Source: Glycera tridactyla
Taxonomy: Eukaryota
Length of the DNA: 64,000 bases
Direction: 5' to 3'
NCBI GenBank assembly: GCA_965644265.1
Contig: OZ286475.1
Location: 11,098,001-11,162,000 of the forward strand
Part shown: positions 40,077 through 53,270 of the stretch, in pieces
Numbering within the stretch: position 1 is the stretch's first letter
Layout of the letters: each line of letters opens with the position of its first letter
Notes under the pieces: model-generated
What the model saw: the letters and a program-made list of their open reading frames with translations, nothing else
Databases searched by the model: none
Told to the model about the DNA's origin: nothing
Translations under genes and position numbers: made by a program

Positions 40077-43000
40077 TCAATGGTACTGTTGATTCCAGGA
40101 ATTTCCTAAATACATAGGCTGGTTCCCCATCTGGTTCGCTCCATGATTCACGCTGAAGGGAGGTGAGGTGTTGAGAGACCAATTTGGCTGGGCATGTGAA
40201 GTGTATGCATTCATTTGAATAATAGGGAGTCTATTTGGATGAAAGACGGGAGCATACACATTTAGATTACCCGAGGGAGCATAATTCCGTCGATAATGGG
40301 GCATCCAGGGAAATTCCAGTTTTGTCGTAGGTGGTTATATTGGTTGTTGTAATTCCCACTATAGGTAGACTGGTTTTGAGAGGAAGGTGGGCTGATCTTT
40401 TGTGTCATCAAGGGAGGTATCTGAGGGCCAAGAGGATTCTCTCGATTCACCTCGGGAGGAGGAGCTTGTTGATCAGATGGAGCTGTGGAAGTGGGTGGCT
40501 GGTGGTCATCAGTTGGGTTACTCTGGGAGTGGTCTGGCTCCCTGGGAGGCTCATGTACACGGCCTTGGTTCATCTGAGGGGTATCTCGTGGGGGGTGATC
40601 CTGAAGAGATTGGAGAGATTCGGGAGTGACCAGCTCAGGAGGGCTACCAGAAGACTTTGTTGCCCAAATCAATCCATCGTGAGACCAGACTTTACTAAAA
40701 GCTTTCCTTTTTCTGGCCTCAGGTGCTTCATGATAAAGTGAATTGTTTTTTCCAATCAAATATTCTTTTACAAAGATGTGACTGCCACGTAGAGCAGACT
40801 TTCTCTTCAGGATCTGTCTCTTTGGATCGACATCCTTAAATTTAATAATGATGGGGCGTTTGTTTCTACCCATTCGGCCAACAAAGGAGCTTTTAATAAT
40901 GTCAGATTCATTAATGTCAAGACCTAGGCGCCAGTCCAATTCATATAACACATTGGATGTGATTGAAAAATTTGGGTTCACGTCTATGCCTTCCACTAAT
41001 AAACAGCTCAGCCTATCTGAAAGCTCAAGATTATCCACCTTGTGGTTGAGTTTTTCAATATCATTCATTGATTTAGACTGGTTTGCATCAACAATTGCAT
41101 GACAAATATCTTCAACTTCCTTTCTACTTAGACTCGCCGTCTGCTGTTTGGATGCGTTCGTGGAGGAGGTGGCAGGACTCTATGCAGTGCCCAAGTTCAA
41201 CCTATCTGAAAGTTCTGAACACTCAACTTTGTGATTAAGTTTTTCAAAGTCGTTGACAGATTTCGCTCGATTTGCATTGACAATGGTATGACAGATATCT
41301 TCCACATCTTTCTTGGTCAAACTTGACACTTGTGACATTGGTGCTGTCACAGGGGTGGTGGAAGGGCAAGAGGCAGTGTCAGCAGGAGGGGCCGATAAAG
41401 ACTCCGCGATGGGGGTGACATGTTTGGTAGCACCAAGGGAGGGAGGGACATTCCTCTCTCGAATGGCGGGTGAAAAAGTTTTCATCTCTATTCCGAGCTG
41501 AATGAGTTTCAATTCCATTTTGGCAACGTCTTTGGATACATCAGTCAATAAGTTTTTTCTCAGACGTTGTTCCACAAGATCAGTTTTTTGTCTAATCGTA
41601 ACCAACACCGCTTCATCGAAGTCCTCTTTGATGTCTTTATCAAGATCATTGATGGCTTTAGTCTGGCTGCAGAGGACTTCTCGTTTGAAATTATTCAAGG
41701 TGAAGCAAAGGTGATCATTAAATTGTGTCAATTAGTCATTCTTCATAACATTGAGAGTGGTTTCACATATTAATGGATCAGTTTGTGTGGATTCATCACT
41801 TGGTGAGGAGTGGTTATCAGAATCACCAGTTACACCATCAGCAGGAGGTGGGACAGGGGTGAAAGGCAACACACCTGGTGAATTGAGTACATCCAAAGAG
41901 TCATTGAGTTTCTCAGGGGGTTGTTGGCATGGGGGGATTGGTTGAGACAAGAGAGAATGCACAGGACTGGAGTGGCTTGCTGGTCCAGAAGTGTGTTCAG
42001 TACCAGACAGGTCTGAAAATGCAGGGTCCATGGACATAGCCTCGTGGTCAATACTTCCATTCACTTCATCAGGGGAATCCCCATGCGAGTTGCTTGCCGG
42101 GTTTGTGACCTTGTTCGGGTCATCTCGAGAGTCACATAAATCAGCTGGTTCTGCCAAAGTCACTGATGAACCGCTAATTTCAAGCACGGTAGTTAGGGTA
42201 TGCACATCATTGGACTCTGGTGATTTGCAGTCATTTTCCCCTCTTTTAGGGCTCAGATCACTAATACTAGAGGCTGGGGATGTATCGTCGATAATCCGTT
42301 TATGTTCACCTTTGGCCGGGGAGAAAGTTTCGGCATTAGACACGAGGGGAGCATGTGTGGAGGAGCAAATGGGGGTTGCGATGATTTCCATACTACTGTC
42401 TTGATCAGGGCAGGTATTGTGATGTTCCATATGTGAACCAGCCGTGGCAGTAGGTGTCACTGCGACACCGGGGATAAGAGAGGTATCATCAGTTGACACA
42501 CTAGTATCGGCAGGGGTAGTGGCAGGGTGTGCAGAATCAGCGGCGGATGCGTGTGTGTCTGTGTCTTGCGGTATAACTGCCACTTTGATTATCGGGCCTG
42601 AGTTTGTATTGATAATCAAATTATTGCTGGTACCAGACTCAGATGTTTGGGTTTGGTTAGGGGCCCTGGCGGCCTAAAAAAGGAGGGAGTCAAATTATCA
42701 CCGGAGGTCACATCCAGTTCTGATTTCTGAAGAAAGTTTATGTTTGGCTGGACATTCAGATTGCTCTGATCACTGACAGATGGTGAGGGGTTGGCACTTT
42801 TGCCAAAGTTCAAGTGGTCAATTGACACACTCAGAGATTTGCCTTTTTCAAGCGCTTCAGCATTAAGATCATCTAACTGAGGAGCCATAGTGTCATTGAA
42901 TGTAAAATTTGGCAAAGATGCATCAGATAATGATGGTGAGGGGGGCAGAGGCAAGGCATGGTTTGCAGGCAGCTCAGTTATACCCGACAGGGGTTGCACA

Positions 43001-43386
43001 GAGCAGGGTGATGATGCAGACGGCGGGTTGGGGTTGCTGTCTCCCATGTCCTCCTCGCAGGTGCCCTTGTCCGTGTACACATATACAGTTGAAGCAGGGC
43101 CGCTATTCAGCGAATGAGTCATTTTACCTGTGCTCTCCAAGCTGGGGCTGACCATGCTATTGTGTGCCACTGCACCTTCCTCTGTGCTAATCACCAGGGG
43201 CTCAGTACCATCGTTTAGCACATGTGGGGGAGTGAAAGATAGCATGGGGGGATTGCTCATGGTGAGTGTATCAAAGTTGTCTGCCTTATCACGCGAGGTA
43301 TCCATAAAGAAATCCTTGATTGACTGCTTAAAAGAGCTTTCACATGTCAATCTTCTTCTCGGAGTGTGTTTGGAGGTTTTATCCAT
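40077..43386 (-). pseudogene. Very long LINE ORF1-like reading frame (disordered N-terminus, coiled coil, RRM/CTD), interrupted
   Basis: ORFs 42616-43386, 41732-42619, 41180-41731, 40262-41068 and 40077-40304. The middle three share one frame, separated by single stops at 41732 and 41180. ORF1-type motifs: LLVEGI, RPIIIKF..KRQILKRKSALRGSHIFVKEYL, ARKRKAFSKVWSHDG. Confidence 0.75.
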
Positions 43387-44399
43387 AGTCCAGTAAACAT
43401 TTGCCTTGGGGGAGGACTTTAAACACCAGTAATAAAGCGACTATGGCACACTTCGACAACTATGTCTTCACCCAACGGTGGCCATAATCCATCTATCATT
43501 TACATTCAGCATGCTGCTTCTGTACAGTATAGCCTTACAATTGAAACCAAGAAATGATATAACATGCTCGTGAATAGACAATTTTTGAAACCATACATCA
43601 TCAGAGCATCCATATTTAAATTAGCATCTGATCAGAAAACAAACAGTATCATATAATATTTCAAGGAGTGAACTATATACATCTGGGATATTGATGCAAA
43701 TTATCGGATTAAAAATGAATACATAAATACCTGAATAAATCAGATAATTTATTGAAGGTGGTCATCATTGTCTATCATTGCTGGTGGTTACAATCTTTTG
43801 GCATTGAATAATATTTCGAAACAGTGCCTCAAAATAGATGATGAGAGTCTGTGCCTCACTCCAATATTCATGCCCCCCCCCCCTCTCCGATTTTGAAGTT
43901 CCCATTGCTGTAGTGGAGTTTTGTGGCTACTATAGACAAGTTGTATTCTTTATGTTCAGCAACATTTGACCCAGTATTTGCCTCTCCTGGATGGAACACT
44001 AAGCAGAGCCTTGAGATGGTGTGTGGACCACAACACCTCCTGAATTATGTGAAAGCAGGGTGTCTCTCCCAGCTGTTTCACATTCAGATTGTCATGAGGC
44101 CCTCTAGAGAAATACCTGCATCTACACCCACAGTCAATGCTAAGACACCAGAAGAATCTTGACATAGCTGAACTACAGCAAGACTATATGGCTGTGAGGT
44201 GAAAATGTATTTCCAAATGAGGTGTGAATTTCAAGTGATGTCATCAAGCCAAAGGCCGAGTGACATCTGGAAAAAGTCACACAGAGTTTAGTATTATATT
44301 TTCAACTCACGGTCATATAATCTTGCTTTTATCACAGGGATCAGTGGAGAAGTTGTCAAAAAGTAGTTCTGACCCAGCTGTGAAGTGAAATTCGCAATA

Positions 44400-44985
44400 C
44401 TCAACACCTGATACTTCACTGAAAATGGCACATCCATGTGATCAATGTATCATACACATGATCTATGTACCTGTACAATGGGCCAATAAAACTGTCCTGA
44501 AGGAACATTGCCATACCCGCGCTCATTGACGACAGTCAAAGCTAGCATAGAGCCCACCATCAAAAATTAACAAAATGATCAGTATGTAACTTGAAAGTTA
44601 GTGACGGATCGAGAATGACCCCAAGGTACTTGAACTCACTGACCTGGTGTACATGCTGGCCACGGCATGTGATATTCGATTCGCTACAAGATTTGAGATT
44701 TCAGTACCGAATGATCACGCTGGGTTCGTTTAGATGTGGTATAACCTCATGTCAAGTCTAGCTGCATGCTTATGTTATCAATATATAATATAGAAAAGGA
44801 GGGCCAGGATAGAACCCAAGGCGACACGATTTTCAACACTATGTGAGCCAACCTAACTTCACAAACCTTCACACATTGACCCTGGTCATACTGATTCCGA
44901 TCCAGTTACCTCTCGAATCTAATGTGTCCAAGTTGCTCTAGCGAAAGGGTGTTGCCAATGGTTTCAAAGGACTTTTTCGGGTCCA
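44400..44985 (-). mobile_element. Decayed CR1-group RT fragment (inverted copy of 52655-53270)
   Basis: Reverse-complement match to 52655-53270, including the KYLGV.LDPSLTF segment. Confidence 0.7.
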
Positions 44986-45737
44986 TGACGAAGACTTAAA
45001 AATGATAATGAGGATAGAAATTACAATAGTTATGATGATAATAATAGTAGTGATAACATTATAATGATAGTGATAATGATCATGATAGTGATAAATGGAA
45101 GTATTGGTTTTGATATTGATAATCATGATGACAATGATAATGATGATTTGAGGGGTGAAACAAATTCACAGCGGAGGTCAGTGAAATTCCCATTCGATTT
45201 GGTGTTCATCATGAATGAATATCCTACTCGCTATCTTTGTAATTGTACAAAATGAGGAAATCACATGACCTTTCAAGCCTGAAGCTTGAGAAACTCCATC
45301 CTGCATTCTCTGAGACAGAAGTTACATTTGTGTCATCATTTGCCTCTGACAATGTGGGCTAGGGCAGTGGGTATACAGGTGTATGTGTGCAGCATTCAGA
45401 TGAATGAGAGGATAATGGGTTCAACCAAGCTCACTGATCTATTCCTTTCTTTCGAATCTTCGAGGACTTTTGTGAGTACTTCTTCAGGTACAACAGACAA
45501 GACTATGCAGAAAAGATCATGGCATTTATTGCACCTGTCTATGATTCAAACATAACTAATAATAGAACTTGGAATCTGATGAAGGCTGGTGTCTCCGCAC
45601 TGACAAGCAATTCAGTCCCATTCGCAAGCACTGAGATCGATCATGATCCAGGATTCTTTGCTGAAGTCGTTAGAATTGATGCTAGTTCAGAGAAAACCCG
45701 AAAACACATTTCACACTTTGCGGATATTGCCACAAAT

Positions 45738-46045
45738 TCTATCTTCACACCGGCATATGGAACAAATGACTGCTCCTTCTCCACAACATAGTAGCCAGGT
45801 TGATGCTTGTTACAACAAACCACTGATTGGGCCAAATACAGACTTCTTCCTGGGTTGTCATAGCCACCTACAACAAACAGTATTAATGCACAGGGTGTGA
45901 TATTTGCTCGATCTGCAATCGCTAACCTCATTCTGCAAGATTAGCATCTTTCACCATTCATTGAATGGAAATATGATCAAGAGGCCATCATGTTTGATCC
46001 CAGTGTAGGTGAGGTGCATCTTTGCTATATTCAGAAGCACATCAT
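45738..46045 (-). pseudogene. Orphan fragment of DM9 exon 3 plus upstream intron
   Basis: GGYDNPGRSLYLAQSVVCCNKHQPGYYVVEKEQSFVPYAGVKIE (45867-45738), truncated before the donor. About 180 bp of intron closely matches D 29610-29787. Confidence 0.85.
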
Positions 46046-48199
46046 TTCAAATAACTACCCAAGGTGACACCCATCCGAATACTTGGATCAGGGATCAAAA
46101 TATAGCTCCCCAACATTTGTACCCCCCCCCCCCCCCAGATATGCCCCCCGAGGACCTACATCATATGAACACCAAACTGGTAGACATCCCCACACATATG
46201 ATTTTGCAGGGACTTCTCCCTTCTGATATCAGAGGGGAGTACCAAACAGCCCCCACGACCAATACTTCCCTTGTATATATATTCCTAGGGTTTACAATTC
46301 AAACAACCACTGTTTTTGTGATACATCCAACGTTTGTAGGGACTTTTTCCACTTTTCGATGCCAAGATTGTTTTCCCCAATTTTTCTCACTCCCGACCAT
46401 CCCCCCTATATACAGTCCAGGGGACCTACATTTCAAATAACCACTCTCTTTGAGCATTGCAAATACTAATGCATCACAAACATACCTGTTTTTGTGATGC
46501 ATTCAACTCTTTTGAGCAGAGGTCAGTACTCAAACTCGGAACTTTCCAACAACCTCCGGTTAGATTCAGAGGCCATCAGTGAGTCGGGTCATCCGCCCCC
46601 TCCCCCCCCCCCCCTTCACCTGAGCAGGGGTTAGTACGCATATGTGACTGAAGTTTTCATAAGCGGAGTTCAGTATGGAAAAGGGGAACTTCCTCATAGC
46701 ACAAGTGCTCAGTAACCCCCAGTCAGACTCTCCACCTCCTTCAACTCCCACGAACTCAAACCTTGCTTCTCTTCAAACATCCAACTCTGAATTGATTATA
46801 TGCCCGATTTTCATCACTAGCGATCATTCCCCCTATATATATTGTCCAAGGGACCTACATTTCTAACAACCACTCTATTTAAGCCTTGCAAATACTAATT
46901 CCTGTTTCCTGTGATGTAGAAGTCAGTATTCGCCTACGTGACATTCCCAAAGCTGGGGTCAATACACAAATGGGACTGCCGTTTCCGTGAGCGGGGGTCA
47001 GTACGCAAAAGGGGAACTTTTTCATAGCACAAGTGGTCAGTATCCATTCGGTTTCAGGGACAATCACTGAGGTAGGAGCTCCTGAGAAACACATCTTGAT
47101 GTGAATTATGTTATATCCATGTATGGTGATGGAATGTGAGTGAAGTGGTGTGGGGTGAGATGAATGTATGGTGGTGCAATGCCTTCTCGATCATAAAAAT
47201 AAGAGTAACTCTACCGTGTGGTCTTACACCTAGACGTAATTTGCAGCTTCTCAGCCTACCCCACAGCCTGATGCATGATGTACTGCTGTACCATGTCATA
47301 CTGTGAAGGTATGAAGACTATGTGAACTGGAAGACTATGTGAACTGGAACCACATTTTTGCGTTGATACTTGTTTCTGACCAATCTGGTATTGCCTACCG
47401 GAAAGAGAGACTCAATCCTGGTCACACAGTATCTCAATAAGCTGTTGATGCTGCTGTGTATATCTGGTATAAGTGATTCCTAGCCAGGGGGACTATACTG
47501 ACACATTTTTGTGAGAAATGTTACAAGCACAGATTGAAGTACACGATGGCCATCAGGAAACAAGTATGCCATTTGCTCTCAAAACAAGCATCCAAGCGGA
47601 ATCCATCAAATCTCATGAAATTCTTCTGAACTAACTTGAGTCTCACTTCGAGATTCCTGATCTTCGACCCACACTGCGTATGGCAGAGTCATCAAGTGCC
47701 CATATTGTCACACTCAATGCTTTCATGTGAAGGCAAAGAGTTGGAGTTTTGGGAGCAAGAGTCACAGAGCGGGAATTCGAGTGCAACCACCTCGACTTTG
47801 CCGCTGAACATTGAGTACCATTGCAGAACAAGCTGGTCAGATTTCACCTACTTTCTAAGAATTCGTGTCAACTGACATCAAATCAGCTCCCTGATGTCAG
47901 TTTCAGTGTAGAGTTCACTATTCAGTGAGACGAGAAGCTTTAACGGACAGTGTATCCATCCCAATGAGTGCTTTTTCACAAAGGGCAATAACTTCATGCA
48001 CGCACACACATAAACACACACACGAATACACAAAGAAGGGGTCGGGTTCAAAGTTCCGTTCGAAAAGAGGAGTCTCCAAATGTCATGGACACTGATCATA
48101 ATGAATGGCTTCAGAATAATTGCATAGGTCTCACATAACACAAAGATGAACAACAGAAGCTTGGCCATTACAGGAAAGCTTACTTATTGATATAAACAA

Positions 48200-48370
48200 A
48201 GCCAATAAATACATGTCATTTTGCAAAACATGGCCTTGACCCCAAATAATTTCCAATTCGAAAAAAACAATTATTCCAAAGTTGGTGAGACAGACATGGG
48301 GAGCAGATAGCCACCAGGTATAGCCAACATCTTCATGGGTATGTTTGAGAAAAAACATATACATACCCAC
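48200..48370 (+). mobile_element. Penelope-like RT fragment
   Basis: Translates LTPNNFQFEKNNYSKVGETDMGSR*PPGIANIFMGMFEKK, resembling the PLE N.F.F...Y.Q..G.AMGS..AP..ANIFM..FE motif. Contains a stop. Confidence 0.6.
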
Positions 48371-49699
48371 CATCTATGATGACGGAAATGAACACTCTCC
48401 ACCACAGCATCAAATTCATAGAATAGAGGTATCTTTACCATAGCGGCGAAGTGCCGGTATCAGACAGCCTGCGGTGTCCTACCCAATTACAGGAAATGGT
48501 CTTGACCCCGAAATTTTCAGTTCGGTGGCATCAATCATCTCCTGATTGACAGGACCGCCATGTGAACCAGAATGGCGGCTGAGCCCAGCCTACATCTTCA
48601 ATGGCAGGTTCGAGAAATAACCTATACATACCAACTATCTACCACCTATGCTTTATCTACGCCATATCGACGACAGTTCCTCAATATGGCAACATGGCAA
48701 AGCAGAATTCTTCAAGTTTATAACGGAAATGAACCTACTGCTCCACAACATCAAATTCATGACCATATACTTTGCAATAATGCTCCCAAATTTGTCCTCA
48801 GAGGCTGCATTGATTCAGGTGTCATTGTCCACTCGTTAGCTTCGGTTTTCCATCAACAGGCTAAAGCCAGCGCTGTCCAATTCAGATTATACCGGCATTT
48901 CTCTAAGAAAAATCGTCCAAGATCTAGATGAAATTAATTTGAGTGTAACAGTTTTAGTGACCTAGATACAGCCAGAAGACCCATTAACTAGGCATGTATG
49001 CCGAAAATAGGATGCCTGGTAACGCACATCTCCTCTGCTGGTGAGTGTGAGAGAAATGAATTTGAATGCTACATTCATCCAGTCCACCAGATGATCACTG
49101 TGTCTAAATGGCTGAGATGGGAGATCTTACTCTCAAGGCTCAATCATTAAACTTTTGCATTTCACTCATGAATCACCAAATCATGCATTCAAAGATCAAT
49201 GCCTCCAAAGATCGAATTGCTTCAATGTATACCCATAATGCACAATGAAACATCAGTTCAAAATGAAAAGAAAAAAGAAGAGAGTATTCATATCAATAGC
49301 GGTGTTAAACCTGATGGCCAGCCAAGATTGATCATGAACTGGCTAGAAATGTCTATAAGTAGGAGACATTTTCACGGAAAGATGGATGCATGAAGAACTA
49401 TCCAGGTAATTCATTCAAAGCAAACAGGCTTTCACAACAACCATACAAGATTTCATGGAAATTGGAGCAGTTTATCACTTTCAATCGGCTACCCCCCAAA
49501 AAATGTCGAAAAATGTGCCATTTTTGTCATCTAAACTGCAGTCCCAAACGAGAGTGGTGTGAAGAAGGTATCATGCCCCATGGGCCAAAAATACAAATTC
49601 TAGAGGCAATTAATTCTCACAAATATTGGTCTAATATTCTCGCGAGATTTTCGAGCCCTCCAGCGGAATCTGACGAATAGAGAGCAGCCTCTGAATGCT

Positions 49700-49960
49700 C
49701 ATCTTGTAGAAACGAATCAAAAAGAAATCATCACCAAGATTGAGACACAAAAATTCTCAAACGACCCAAAGAAACTGTGGCGTAGTATCCGAAAATTTTG
49801 GCCCAATAACAAGTCTGCCAAAAACCAAAACAATGAGTTATCCAAACTATTGCTTGAGCACATTTCTTCGATGACCATTTCACCGAAACTGGAGCACGCC
49901 TCGCAGCAAGCATCCTGTACAACTGCCCTTCTGTTTTTGAATTCAATCACATTGCAAGCA
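49700..49960 (+). mobile_element. CR1-group ORF2 linker fragment
   Basis: KFSNDPKKLWRSIRKFWP parallels KAGKDPKKVWREISRFWP in the 33.5-kb LINE. Confidence 0.6.
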
Positions 49961-51281
49961 AAGTTTATGACCTTGCAATCACTAAAATGAGCATTTCGGG
50001 CTCATAAGCCGAGGATAAGTTCAAATCTAGAATTATTGAAGAGGGTGATGATGTACTGAAGAGAATGCTACTACAATCTTTAAGAGAAGTGTGAGGGATA
50101 GATGATTCCCCGCACCCTGGAAAAAAGGTCATCCTGACTCCACCATTTAAGCGTTGCTCCCAAGATGACCTACATAATCATACCTTTGGGATGCTCTCAG
50201 ATCGCATTGTACTTGTGCAGTGCATAAAACAACCCCGCTCCTAAAGTCAGGTGAACACCTGGGAAAGCTGCAGATCTCAGGGGAGGGGACTGAGTGTAAG
50301 ATAGATGGACTGCAATGAGAGATGATGTAAATTCTCATCAGTGCTCATGACTGATACTGTATCAGGTTAGAACATCAATGTTCTGTGTCATAATGTGCAA
50401 AGTCCTGAATCATGTATGTCCTGCAACCCATGTAGAAGCATCCATTTGTCAGATTTTCCCTGTGTGCTGACACCAGTTGTGACATATGTAGAGAATCAGA
50501 TCTGTGTCACCATATCTATCTTGTGGATCCCATGCTGATATCCATGATAGGGTTCATACAGATATAGTTGTTGAATATCACCTGACCAGAATCATATTTT
50601 CTGCATCTGACTGCATAACATCTACAGAGAGAATCACTCTATCATACTTCGCCACTGGCATGAGTTCAGACATAAATGACATCTCATCAATGACTGAATG
50701 AGTGTTCTCATAACATGATAGTTGGCCATCTCTAATCTGTTGGTTGGCATCAGTAAGCAATGCTTCGTGAATGGGTATGAACTCATTCTTACCCTTAAAT
50801 GTGATAAGATGGCTATCAGGATTCATCAGAGTGGGATTGATTGATGTGAATGGATGATATACTCAATGTCAATCTAACAATTGAATTTGGCAATCATGTA
50901 TATTTGTTTCATTGCTTTTCAGTTTGATAGTTGTACAAGCATCAACCAACTTCAGGAACTTGATCTTCTCCATTCCAGCCCTTGGGTTTTTTGTTCAACA
51001 TGTTCGGTCTTTAACAAAAGACTGTGAGGCTTGCTGCCCACAATTTCACATGTTCGTAATATCCTACTAAATGTTCTCAGGCAACACCACTTCAGTCATA
51101 AGTATATTTAACTTTGGTGATGTATCAGTGAATGCATCACCATTCCAAAATGGCTGTCAGCTATGTCATACTTTTTGCACATTGAGATACAAGCTGATGA
51201 TAGATGATGATGGTGAGTGTCACATTCATTTGATTAGGCCTAGTATTTCCCAAGATAGACTTACTAAATCTGGAGGACATA

Positions 51282-51459
51282 CAGTCAAACCTGTCCTAAG
51301 CAGCCACCCTTTGGGAAGGCGACAAGTGGCTGCCTAGGGCAGGTGGCTGCTTAGAGCAGGTCAATCATAGTGGAAAAAACCTCCGTTGGGAAATTCAAAA
51401 GTGGCTGCTTAAGGCAGATGGCTGCTTAGTACAGTGGCTGCCTAGGACAGGTTAGACTG
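51282..51459. mobile_element. Tc1/mariner-type MITE, 178 bp
   Basis: TA|CAGTCAAACCTGTCCTAAGCAGCCAC ... GTGGCTGCCTAGGACAGGTTAGACTG|TA: TIRs plus TA target duplication. Confidence 0.85.
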
Positions 51460-52654
51460 TATACAATACTTGAGAAGTGTAGACTGCTTATTTGTGATTC
51501 CCCTTGGACTGGCATTACCCTTGAGGACTTTAGTAGGGACTTTCTTACCCTGAAAGCAACCCTGGTGCTCGTGAAGAGGATTATTGGTCAGCACAAAAAA
51601 ACCTGACTGCAGGTGATTCCAGGTTTCAACATTGATCACTTCCAAATCATGGACATGTGCAATGAATTAAATTATGTTTTGTGCAAAATCCAGTCTGTTA
51701 TAACTCAAAATGTGCACACACATGATTTCCAATAATGCCAAAAAAAAGGATGAATCAGGATGCTTTGTGGGATGCATTGAGTCTGGCAGTGTCATGACTG
51801 ACAAATATGTGACCATTCTTTCATGTAGGAAATTTCAGGTGACTTCTATCAAACTCTGCTGGCTGATTTTCTATGGCTGATTGTTCAATCACGATCATTA
51901 GATTTTTATGTACATCTGAGATCACTCTTCCACTATTGGCGCCTAGCTTATAACCTCTCAATCCTCACTCATGAACCAAAGACAGTTGAATTGTCATCCA
52001 TGAAATTTTCAACCATGATTTAAAGAGTACATTGAGTGTCATCTCATGAGCATCAGTGGCATGGCTGTGAAGGTTTGACATGATGAATTGTATATATCCA
52101 TGTGAGCTTGGTCAGACTTATGGCTTCATCATTTGTTCATATGCTGTGCACACTCTCTCACTTATGCCTACCGGCTACTCCCCATCCACAAATTCAGGTG
52201 CAGATAATGACACAAATGTGCCTTCAAACTGTCTATGAGAATGCAGAACATATTTTCTCCAATATGACATGTGAATAAAGATGCATGTGGGGAATTAGAT
52301 AGGTATTTTATATGTTTTCTGCCCTTCGGGATGGCTGAAAAAAAATTAGGACATGTTGCAAAGGATTTCCAATGAATCTAACCAGAGATATGTATTCCTT
52401 ACCCCCAGAAATGTGGAATTAGACACTAAAAACGCTTTGATGTCATGATTGGTTCTCAAGATATGACCAAAACCAGACGGGAATAGCAGCCATCTTGAAA
52501 ACCAAGATGGCCGCCATCGGAGTTATTTGAAAAAATGGAACCAATCCAGGTTTTGCTATTTGGAGTACTAGGATGCCAAAAAACACTGTTTGGAAGAATG
52601 TAGCCAACATTTTCACAAATGGAATTTTACAGACATAGTGGCATGGACTACTCA

Positions 52655-53270
52655 ACATGGACCTGAAAAAGTCCTTCGAAACCATGAGCAACTCTTTTTT
52701 TGCTGGAGCTACTTGGACATATTAGATTCGAATAGGAACTGGATCGGGACATATCTGTATGACCAGGGTCAATATATGAAGGTTATTGAAGCTATTTCTG
52801 ACTCACTTAGTGTTGAAAATCGTGTCGCCTAAGGTTCCATCCAGGCCCCTGTATTTTCATATGAAATGTCGAGAACATAAGCATGCAGCTAGACTACTGT
52901 ATATCATTCAGTAGGCTGATGACGCAGTTCTTTCAGCCAATGGACATGTGGTTACACCGGATCTGAACAAACCCAGCGTGATCATTCGGTACTAAAAATC
53001 TCCTCAAAACTTGTAACAAATTGAATGTCACATACAGTGGCCAGCCTATACCAGGTCAGTGAGTTCAAGTACCTGGGGGTCAATCTCGATCCCTCACTAA
53101 CTTTCAAGTCACATACTGATTACTTGATCAACGAAGTTGATTTTTGATGGTGGGCTCTATACTATCTTCGACCATCGTCGATAAGCGCGGGTATGGCAAT
53201 GTTCCTTTGTGACAGCTTTATTGGTCCATTGTACAGGTACATAGATCATGTGTATGATGCATGGATGTGC
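52655..53270 (+). mobile_element. Decayed 5'-truncated CR1-group RT fragment
   Basis: DLKKSFET, V.*GS, QVSEFKYLGVNLDPSLTFKSHTDYL and ALYYLRPS; similar to the RT at 32.2-32.9 kb. Confidence 0.75.

Noticed and set aside
50578-50826. Possible SF1 helicase motifs (VIDEMSF...RVILSVDVMQ)
   Set aside because: No Walker A, no Gly in the GDxxQ-like motif and no flanking helicase sequence. It would need an HMM hit to support.
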